Source: Styela clava
Taxonomy: Eukaryota
Assembly: GCF_964204865.1 (NCBI RefSeq)
Contig: NC_135264.1
Span: 9,052,001 to 9,116,000, forward strand
DNA: 64,000 nucleotides
Direction of reading: 5' to 3'
Both the position numbers and the translations under genes were made by a program. The stretch's first letter is position 1, and every line of letters begins with the position of its first letter. The notes under the pieces are model-generated. The model saw only the letters and a program-made list of their open reading frames with translations. It did no database searches and had not been told where the DNA came from. Of the stretch, positions 35,901-47,900 are shown in pieces.

Positions 35901-38900
35901 TAATATGTTGTACAGTCTATGCTGAACCAGAAAAAAAATTCAAAATTATTCTGAAGGTCATAAAATCGCTATATAATCGTGAGCAGTTTATTGTGGAATA
36001 ATTCAGACTATTCATCAACTATCGATTGACTCGATTTAAAACTCGTATGACCTGTGGTTCGGTTCATATGTGACTTATACTCAATACTATCTTCTAGCAT
36101 AAGAGTCACAAGGATGTACGTCAAATAAATTTTTCATCAATTCTGTGATCTTTTTCAACTTCCCGATTATTATTCTTAGTTAAGGTCTCAAGGCGGTGTT
36201 TTGATTCAACTTTTATGATGATAAAAATAATTTACAATTCCATGTCACATTTTTGATTAGGACACGAGCATGTGCTTCATTTGACGGATGTACTCAAGGG
36301 ATTGGAATTAATGTAGAAGATTGTCCTATGGAAATTGAGTCTACTAATACTTGGGGACCCTGGAGTGAATGCTCTAGTACTTGTAATGGACAAAGAGCAA
36401 GGTGAAATATTTTTTGTATATATCTCTTATCCTTAAACTTGGAGTACACTTTGCAAACAATCTGAAAAGTATTGATTTTTATCATAACTTTCCTGCATTT
36501 ACAAAGTCGAACACATTGAATATTTATGTATAATGTATATGTATGTTTTCTGTACGTGAACATGTTAGATTTTGATTTGTTAGGATAGGATTTACATATT
36601 TATCCCAGGGGAGAGAAAAGCCGAGAACACAGCTCAATGATATGGCGAACCACGGCCCCTCGTCCAGTTACCAGTCCATGTCGGGTATGGCATTAATTTG
36701 TCAGTTATTTGGTTTTGGAAGTATGGATTGATGGTGTAGGAAGCCGTAACCAAACTTCGGTTACATGAACCACCCTACGGAGGCTAGGAGTCCGGCTCTC
36801 GCACATAACTAATTCAAACTTGCGAACCCTTGCAGGGTAATCAAAGGTGAGCTTATTCTTGACGCTTTGCACGATGAGCCGCACCGCCGTGCCCGGGTGT
36901 TTTTCAGAAGGAATAGTGGATCCTTCTGTTTTGACCACCTACAGCAGGGATGGCGAACCTTTTTCAATGAATGGGTCAAAAATTTTATTTTCATCGCGGA
37001 ACTGAAGTGAGTGGGTCACAGATATTTAATCAATGTTTGTATCTATGAAAAACTTCTGAAATCCTATAAGCTTCTGTAGGTGGTGGTGTAGTTTTGTGCT
37101 TTACTTATGTAGGACTTCTATCAGAGACTTTTTATGGCACTGGATTTTATGAAATTAGAGTACGAAAACACGCATATGAATAAACAAAAACGTTTGGGAT
37201 GATGCGGCAAATTATTTTACGGTTACAAAGAGTTTCGAGGTAATTCAACTCTGATAGTTGTATATTTTTCAATCAGCTTTCAAGCACATTAAGGCACTTT
37301 TACACTGCCCGATTGTTATTTCAGATTTCTAGGTTTTTATTTCAAGTTTGGAAGATTTTGCTTTCTCAACGCCATTGTAGGCGAGAAACTAATAAAATGC
37401 AAAGTAACATCTAGTTCTCTTATAACCCCTAAAACAGTCTGCAGATGTACTTTCGAACGAGACAACACGTTGCGAGAAATGAACAGATCAATTGCATTGT
37501 TGTGTCATAAACGATGTCAGAGCCAATAGCTGAATAACGATACACAGCGATGCAAACATGCGTCCATACAACATTAGGCGTTTTGAAAACTACCATAACG
37601 GCACAGAAATTAACAATTTAAATGAGCGATCGCAGCCCTGACTGCCCAACTGACGGTACATTATAATAGTTTAGTTATTGTTAGATTACTTTAAGGCCGG
37701 TTTTATCAATTTTTATCACTGATATATTAGCAGTTTATTTTTAAATTTTATTCGTGCCTTGGCGGGTCACGAATAAAACGACATGGGTCACTTTGTGACC
37801 CGCGGGTCAGTGGTTCGCCATCCCTGTCCTACAGCATGACAATTTTGCAAAGTTTATACCCCAATAAATACAATACAATACACCTACAGTAAATATAGTC
37901 AGCAGTATTCATTCAATGTTCCATGATTTAGAGACATTCATAGGAATGTGGTCATTTTACAACTAATTGTATTTAAAAACGAGTTACAATAACATCCAAT
38001 AGGGTGTTGTGCATCATGCTAAGCGTTAGATATACGCTCTCAACCACACCTCTGGTTATCCTGCATGGGTACGAATCCCATGCAGGGATGATTGCTGGAC
38101 TCCTAACCGCCGTAGGGTGCAAAATAAAAGTACAAAAATAAAATAATTATCGTCGTTATCGTCACCCAAATTTGTGATTTAGAGAGATTAAACACCAGTG
38201 TAAGCGTGTTTACGGCCATAAATAACACGCTGATAAAACAATCTGCGGTTTTAGTAGAAGGCAATTGCACGCGTTATTGGTTACTTTTTCAGTTTTCACA
38301 ATTCCGTGCAAGTACAAAAATAAAATAATTATTATTGTTACCGTGCACAAATTTGTGGAAAATTTGTGATTTAGAGAGAATAAACACCAATGTAAAGGTG
38401 TTCACTTGCACGCGTTATCGGCGACTTTTCAGTTTTCAAAAAAGGGGTGGAGGGGGTTCCACCCCGAACCCCCCCCCTGGCTGCGCCACTGCCCACTTGG
38501 ACTGGTAACTGGACGACTGGACGAGAGGCCATGGTTCGCCATAGAATTAAGCTGTCTTATCCACTTTCCTCTCCCCTGGGATAAATATGTGAAACAATAT
38601 TTGAATGATTTTAAATAATAATTTATCTTCTGTATCAGACAAAAACTGTGTAATGGTGAACCTTGTCCTGGTGGAATACCGTACTATAGCTTTTGTAATA
38701 CTGATTGCGGAGTTCTACCTCCAGCCGAGCACGCAATATGGAGTCAGTGGACGGAATGTTCTGAAACCTGTGATGGTATACACAGCAGGTGATGTTTGTT
38801 TTTCTTTTGAAGTGAATTTTCTGAGGGCAATGTCATGTATACTCAGAGATACCACTCTGAACAATCGCTCAAGTGCTGTGAGCTAGGAAAACTAGGGTTA

Positions 38901-41900
38901 CTCGGCAGTATATGCCGATTGATATAAGACATGAACAAATACATCAGAATATTCTAAATATCAACTCCATTATGATAGTAGACATGATTCATATTGGAAC
39001 CTGTAATCAATATTTTCAACCTGTCCGATACTTTCCTATGTAAAAAGCATATATATATATATGTATTTCGCTATTTGATTAAGATACTCAATATTTAATT
39101 TAATTACTCTAATTATCTGTAACATACTCAACACATGAATATGCCGCTCAAAATAAAAAGCAAAAAATCTCAAGATCGCAAAACTGCATCAGAACCAACA
39201 AGCAATTCCAATCCACCGGATCCCGGTCTGTCACCAATAGTACCATCTTCACCTGGTTCATCTTCCTCATCCTACTCAGGTCGTAGAGCAGAGAAACAAC
39301 TGACACCACCTGTTTCCTCTTTATGCTTGACAAAGATTCAGGAAAATATTCAAAATAACATAGAAATTCAACTTCCAAGCATCATTGCTCGATGCATCTC
39401 TGAGAATTTTAACAACTCATCAGGGTATTTACCCTTGAGCCCAGTATTAAAAAATATTATGGACAATCAAAATCAGTCCTTGACGGGAATTAAAGATGAA
39501 CTATCTGTCATCAGAGAGTCGCAGGACTTGCAATCTAAAAAGTTTGATGACATATTAAAACATCATATAAATATGGATGACCAACTGAAATATCAAAATA
39601 AAAAAAGTTCAATGCTTAGAAGAATGCATCCTGAATCTTGAGGATCTTTGGTATTTATCTGAACACACTGAAGACCAGGAAAGGTGCTCCAGACTCGAAA
39701 ACCTGGAGTTTCATGGAGTCCCACCCTTAGCAAATGAAAACACCAACAAACTGGTTTTAGAGATTTTAAAACTCACCGAGGTGAATATCCAGCCAAGGGA
39801 TATTTCTTTTATACATCGCTTCCCTACAAAAAGTCCAAAAAAAAACACCCTCCTATTATTGCTCAATTTACTAACCGAAGAATTCGACATCAGATTTTCG
39901 AAAACAGCAAACGATTAAAGGCTGCTTCAAACACATCTAATATTAGGGACACGTCTAAAGTTTTCATTTCCGAAAACCTCACTAATAGGAGCAAAGATTC
40001 ATATTTTCAAGCAAAGGCGCTAAAAATAGATGCGGTTAGGCGTACCTATGCACCTTCAATGGAAAAGTCCGGATAAATAAAAACAGAATAACAGATACTC
40101 TTGAACCTTGGATGAAGATGATCTCCAAAAAATAAAATTGGTCAGACTTTTTTAATAACCTTCATTTTTCTTGTATAATTAGTATTTTCCATGTCTTTTG
40201 AACAAAAATATGTTCAATATGTCATTTTTTGTGCTAACCCAATTTTTTTATATGCTGCAATTTGTGTGACCTCAAATTTCATCCTAAATGTGTTGCCCCA
40301 TTGCTCCACACAACTTTAAACTATATTTGTGAAGTGTGCCTTGTTCCAAATTCTCATGCCTTAGCTTGGAGCAGTGGTTCCCAGACAGGCCAAAATCAGA
40401 ATCGGAGGGATGTTTGCGTGCCTGATGAGTGTAGCGCCCGAAAGTGCGCGGCGATTTAGCTGTGGTTCAATGGATCCACCATTGTTTCCAATAAAATGTC
40501 TGTTTATGGAATCTAGTTTCCGTTTGTGTTTTGATATCTCCAAGCTTTTTTATGTGGTTGATAACTAAATTACTTCCATATGTAATCCTAATACCGGTGT
40601 GTATAATTAATTGAATTGTTACAAAAAACACATGCCCAAACTGTGATAATCACGTAACACACTAGGACACAAACAAAATCTTTCGAACCCTATTCTCTCT
40701 GAGCTCGGCGGGCCATTTTAAATTGTTAAGCGGGCCGGAATTCGCCCCCGGAGGTGTTTGGATTTTTATACGCCATGATGTTTTATTTATTGAAATCATT
40801 GAGCTTAGACTCAACTTTCCCCATTGTGAAGATATATGGATCCAGATCAATGAATCCTCATTCGATAACCCCAAAGAGTTCATTGTTGGAGTTGTTTTCA
40901 AGCATCCTAGAAACAATCTTTCCGAATTCATGAAATCAATGAATTCACTGCATTCGGAATGCCCCTTTATGATCTTAGGGGACTTCAATATTAATTTACT
41001 ATCCAAAGATAATTGTGTATGCTTCTATCGCACCTAGCCGTTCCTATCATAACGCGCCCAACAAGAATACCCTCGACATCACATACATTAATTGATCATA
41101 TATACACGAATGCAACTGAACGCTGTTCCTCATCTTTCATTATAAAACATGATATATCCGATCACTTTCCTGGTAAGTCAACATTTTCTTTTCGAATACA
41201 ACTTTCCGCAAGACCAAACCTTGCATGAAAGAAAAAAATGTCCCATTTCCATGAAGAAACATTCAGAAATGATGCTCATGGAATTTTATTGACAGAATTG
41301 TTCACAGATAGCTTCAATGAGGTGTTCAACATTTTATGACCCCACTGGAACATTTCACTGGACCTATCTCCATTTTATCATGTCTGGCAATTGTCTTTGA
41401 GAAACATCTGTATTGCAGATTAGGTGATTTCTGTGATGAGAACAAACTAATAAATAAATGCCAATTTGGTTTCCAGAAAAATCACTCAACAAGTCATGCC
41501 ATAATTGACCTCATAGAATATATCTATGATAAATTTGAAAATGGAGGGGATGTCTGCTGCGCCTATTTAGACATGGAAAAGACCTTCGATACCGTTAGTC
41601 ATAGCATACTCCTTCGCAAACTTAGTCACTATGGAATTTGTGGTTGCGCGCGTGCCCTCATCAATGATTATCTGCAGGGCAGACTCCAATTTGTCAAAGT
41701 TGACTTTCACCGTTCCCAAGTTCTTCCAATGAAGCTGGAGTAATCCAGGGTCTTGCTTTGGCCCATTATCATTCGTACTTTTTATAAATGACATCTCTCA
41801 TTGCTCTGATTTGATGTCCAAATTATTTGCAGATGACACCGGTCTTCTCAGTAGTTCCCAATCTTCACTAAACCTCCAAAAAATGTCAACCTAGAAATGG

Positions 41901-44900
41901 AAAAAACTTATAATTGAATGCTATGTAACAAACTCACCATCAATATAAAAAAGTCTAAAGTAGTCCACATAAATAAGCCCAATCCCAACTACGACAAAAC
42001 TTTTCTAGAAATCAATGGAAACAAACTCGAGTCTGTGCCTTCATATAAATATCTAGGTTTAAACATAGACAATCGCCTACAGTGGGATGTGCACATCAAT
42101 GTAGTGCAAAAAAAAATTTCACGTTCGGTGGGCATCATGAGCAAACTTCAACATTACACAGACAGAAATACACTGAAGATAGTCTATTATTCTATTTTTC
42201 AAATATATATCCAATATGCAGTTGTTGCATGGGGTTCAGCCTCCAATTCAAAACTAAATCTTGTTGAAGTTTTACAGAACAGGGCTGTTAAAATTCTCAA
42301 TAGACCTACTGCTTATATTAACATATCATGTATCACGAAACTGGTCTCCTGAAGTATACCAATATTTATCATCTAGAAATTTGTAAATTGATGCACCAAT
42401 TCCACAATTGTTGCCTTCCAAAGGCATTCAATAACTACTTTGTCAAGCAAAGCAGTCTTCACAAATATGACACTAGATCAGCATCTACATCATCACTGCA
42501 TGTGCTTCGCCAGACTTACACTAAAACTCAAAATTCACCCAAATATATGGGTGTTATTATGTGGAATGCTCTCCGTGCCGAAGTACGAAGCATGTCGTAC
42601 CAACTTTTCAAATCAAATATGAAAAAGAATTTCTTGTCGACTTACTTCGAATGTTTGTAACAACCCGACCAAGATCTTTTGTTGTGGCTGATTTCATAAC
42701 ACCACCTGAAAAAATAACTTGTGAAAGGTTGTCGAACCACCGCACTGACCTACTGTAGTAGATGTTGTATAATTACAATAGCTAATATATTATGTCTGAT
42801 TTACTGCAACTAATTTTCTCATTTTCATAACACTTGTCTCTTTTTATGGAAAACGTTTATTACTGTATTTATTGGCCTTTAATCAGTGAATAAGTTCATA
42901 TTCGAATTCTGTAGTTGAAACAATGCCATGAGCAATGACACATGGTATTTATATGTTCAAAAGCAATTGAAACATGTACTATTAACAGCTGTTGGTCTAG
43001 CACAAAATATTGTTTTAATGAACCACATCTACATTGATGTACGGTATTTCTGTACGAGTGATTACCACTGCAGCAATGGGTACCGTACCAGTATCGGTAC
43101 TTCTGTACTGTATCTCGTTTAATTTAGTGCCACAGATATCTGGTCTTTTTATTTAATGCTATAAGATTTTATTACCTGTTTTCTCTATTATTTCCACATT
43201 CCTTTCAATATTTAGCGGCCAATACACCGCCTCTGGATCTAATTGAATGCCAGTGTTACGCCATCAGAATCTGACGTTTAATGCGCATCACAACACAGTG
43301 CAAGTGACTATAGTCACTTTGGATACAGTCCACTAATGCCATCTCCATGGTTACCAAGTTATTGGTGTTCGATGTCGTCTTTTGTTTTGTTGAAGCGAGC
43401 GACTGCTGATTATAGCAGATCGCCTCGAGATATTGTATGTATTTTTTTCTCAATTTACTTATACTTAGTGTGACTTTTTCTTTATAACATAGTTCTTAGA
43501 CTTATTTTATAGGTGCTGTTGCTCGATAACCAGTACTGGTTTCTCGCGTCTCCTATTTATAATTTGTATGTTTGTGCCTATTTTAAGTATGGTGAGATAT
43601 AAACTACTGATTACTGAGTGTTAGCAATCACGCTATCTCCAGCCATGTACACATATCAGCATTTCTAACTTTTGTTTACCCAGTTAATAGGAGAATACTC
43701 TACGAGTTGTCCGGTAGGATAGGATTTACGAACCGGTACATTTTATTCTGAAAACTCAACTTCCGAGCTTACAAATCAAATTAGATGGCGAACCTTGGGT
43801 GTCGCTGCTCGATAACCAGATTTGGTCCCCTGCGGCTTCCCTTCCCCAGTAAAAATGAGTGTTGAATTTTATTTATTTTTCAATTTTGTATGTTATTTTA
43901 TTTTTGCTGGTCGGAAAAAATTAATTGTTGTAATGAAATACAGTTTGTTTACCAGTTTGTCTCATATGTGCCGTCAATAACACTATTGAATGATTTTGGC
44001 AATGGGAAAATTTATTAAATTGTAACAAAAATGAATTTGGATGTGAAAAAGCGTGTGATAATAATAAGGGCGTGTCGTGGAATGGGAAAGGGCAAGCAAA
44101 ATCGAAGTGAGTGATCGGCAGTGTGTCTCATCTTTTACAATAACGTGAGGTGCTCCGAAGGCGCTCTTGTGTATCTTATTGTAAGAAAACAGTTATAATA
44201 TGAGAAACTATTAACCATTTGTTCGGGCTCAACACACTTTTCGGAAATGATAACTCTGTATGGCGGAAACAACATGTATTTGAATATAGACAAAGGGGGG
44301 CGACCCCAGGTCTCCGCGCCTGCTTGGTACAATATGCTAATCACTGCGACACATTAAATCAATATTTTCAAAATTTCATATATTTTTTTTGCAGGCAAAG
44401 ATTGTGTGGAGAAACGTTTTGTGAGGCGTCGTCTCCTGTGAAAGAAGAATGCAATGTAGGAAGATGTGGGTATAGCGATTGGATGTGGATGACTTGGACA
44501 GAGTGCTCTGCCACCTGTGAAGGAACCCAAACTAGGTTAGCATCAAATTCTGGTATTGGATAAGTTGACAGGCTAATTATATGGTGAACCATGTAGTCCA
44601 ATTCATGTGTGGTAAAGTGGCCAGTTGCATGGACAGTTATGTTTAAGGAAGCAGCACTCACTTGTGGTATGAGTTATCCTGCACCATTTTTCAACGAAGT
44701 TTTGACCTACAATAAGCTCCATGTATTTGGATAGGATTTTTATATTTATCCTGGGGAAGAGGAAAGCCGATAACATGGCTTAATCATATGGCGAACCACG
44801 GCTTCTCATCCGATTACAAGTCTACGTCAGTATGGGATTAGTTGTCCAGTTATTTGTTGAAGTCGTATGGAGAATAGTCCATATATAGGATAGCCGGCGA

Positions 44901-47900
44901 GGAATCCATCCATCCTCCACCACAGCGTTCTCAAACTTTTTTTGCACTGGAAAACCTACGCTTTTTAAATTAAAAGGTAAAATTGGTGGGTGGTTTCCAA
45001 AAAATTTAGCTTATGGTACCGTAAATTGAAAAGTTTACTGTAAACCAGAGTTGAAAAATTAGGCCGTTAGTTAACTGTTAACAGTCGGCTGTTTGTCGCT
45101 AGTTGGGAGAAAAATTAAGACCCAGAGACCAATTTAAAAGCAATTTCAATACCTGTACGACTGCGGAACACACTGAAGAAGCTGTTCCGTGGAAGACAGT
45201 TTGAGAAACATTGCTCTACCGCAAGATTATTCCCAAAGGATTTAAACCTATGAACCAATAGACAGTAATCAGGGGTGCAATGGCAGGTATATGTGCCAAA
45301 CGCCAAACCAACAGAGATCCAATATTTTCAATTATTTTTATGAATTAAGGCGTAAAGTATGCGACAGGGGGAGGAGATGTTCAGACGATGAAGAGTCAAA
45401 AGAATGTAATTCTAATCCATGCTCGGCAACTGCAGGTTCATCATATTCATCAACATTGTACACAACAACAACACCTGGGTCATATTCATCAGCATTGTAC
45501 ACAACGACAACAACACCTGGATCAAATCCATCAATGTTGTACACAACGACGACAACACCTGGATCATATCCATCAATATTGTACACAACAACAACCCCGG
45601 GATCATATTTATCAACATTATACACAACAATGACAACAACAACCCCACCTGAAAATGCAGGAGATTGGGGGCTTTGGTCAAGTTGTTCAGCTACTTGTGA
45701 TGGCACGAGGGTCAGGTAAGTGAAATAATAAAGTATAAATATTAAATGTTCTATATTGGAGTTTACACTGTTTATATAAAAAATATAGGAGCTGAAAGAA
45801 GTTAACATATTATATTTCTGTTTGCAGACAGGTGATAGTGAGCTATTTCTATAGTTAAGTTGTTGAGTTTTATATTTAAGATAAGGTAATGATTTATTTC
45901 AGAATATTTCATTAAATACATACATACAAGTAATGCAGTAAGTCTAAACAAACAACAATAATCATGAAATATAATCGAAAAGAGGCGGGCAAGACTTCAA
46001 GGTCGACCGACGCCTAAGTAGGGGTGGGCAAAATCGAATATTTTTTCGAATCGAATAATTCGAATATTTTTAACGAATACCGAATAGTAGAATAACGAAT
46101 ATTTTTTACACACAACGGGAAGTCCATACTCCCTTTGTAAATTATTGAGATACAAAGCGTTTTTTTACTGGTTAATTTCGTCATAATCGCTGATTGTTTT
46201 TGTCACCGTGACCGTTTTTTGCGGCTATATATAATCTATATTACCGTCCTTTCTGTTTTTTGCAAGTATTAATTCTTTCGGGTCGGCGCACATCGAAGTT
46301 TATATTTCGGGTTTACCCGTGCGTTCACGTCGACAACAGCTGTTAAAACCATTGAGGATTGATTTCAAACTCAAATTAATATTATTCTAATTTTTATCAT
46401 TTGCGTTGGCTTTCATATCACTTATCAACGTTTGTAAATTTACCGTCACAATATTAAGCGAACGGTAATTGTATTATCGATAACGGGATGCAGATATTTA
46501 TTAAGACAATACCGTAATTAAGTTTGCTATGCTTTTCTATGGTGTCTATGTTACTTTACAGATAAACCTCGCAAAGCTGCGATTGCGTCAATCCCGAATG
46601 TTGATTTAAAATAGTGACTAAATAATTCGACAATAAATTCATTTCTACATGGCCATACGACCAGATGACGTTAATAAACAGCGCTTCTTGAATAATTATT
46701 TACATATGCGACCTATTGCTGAAAAAAATTGCGCTTTCGTACTTTTGTGCCCAATAGATGGCCAGGCGCTAATTATAACTAACTCTTCCAAGTTCCGACG
46801 TTTTCTTTCAAGAAACCCCGCGATCATTATATCTAATATCGTTACCGAGTAATACAAAATTTTATTTACGGAATTTGCGAGTTCAATTTTACTTCTCTTG
46901 ACGATTTTGATAATGTCACGCCCTATTTATTGGTGCAAAAATTCTCAAAATATAACGAATGTAATCATTTCCGATGATACAACAATTCGTGAACGAGACA
47001 GTGCGCGTTGTTACATCGAAATTCACGATTGATTTTACGTTATACTCCAGTTCACAATTTGTACACTTCACCCGCCATGCATGCCCGAGTGAAAAGTTTA
47101 CATTTTCGAAACATTATAGCTAATATCGTAACCTAGTAATACAAAATTTTATTTACGGAATTTGCGAGTTCAATTTTACTGCTCTTGACGATTTTGATAA
47201 TGTCACGCCCTATTTTTTAGTGCAAAAATGCTCAAAATATAACGAATGTAATCATTTCCGATGATACAACAATTCGTGAACGAGACAGTGCGCGTTGTTA
47301 CATCGAAATTCACGATCGGTTTTACGTTGATTTCTACACTCCACCCGCCATGCATGTCCGAGTGAAATTTTTACATTTTCGAAACATTACTTGGTCAAGA
47401 ATGAAAGGGATCACTGAAGAATTAATTTGAAAGTACATTAAAAGCATTATGTCCTGCCATTTCTTTACTGGTCATAGCTTGTTCGTGTTATACTATGTAT
47501 GGTTTAATGCGAAAGTTATTTCAACTTTTAATTTTTGTTTAACAAATTTATGTTTGGTTCATGCATGAAACGGCAATCAGACGGAGTTTAAAATCTGGGA
47601 TATTTATTTTAAATACCTCATCTGATTGGACGTTTCTAAATTTAGGGAACGGTGTCGGTACCTTGTTTGCAAAATAGGGAATTGAAATGAACGATTGAAA
47701 CGCAAAGAAAACAAATAGCACCACAACGCGAAGACGATTTTTCAAATTTAGCGCTTTTGTCTGTTATCGAGCGTTGTAGGTGAATTCTCGCGCAATTCAC
47801 GATCGGTTCAGAGACGTTCTGTGTCTAAGGGAGGCGGCGCAGATCACGTGGTACCCGATATTCGAATAGTAAAATGCCATTCCAATAATTTAATATTCGT

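Noticed and set aside
39135-42660. Active retrotransposon or nested host gene
   Set aside because: Multiple frameshifts and stops and a deletion between the endonuclease and RT regions.
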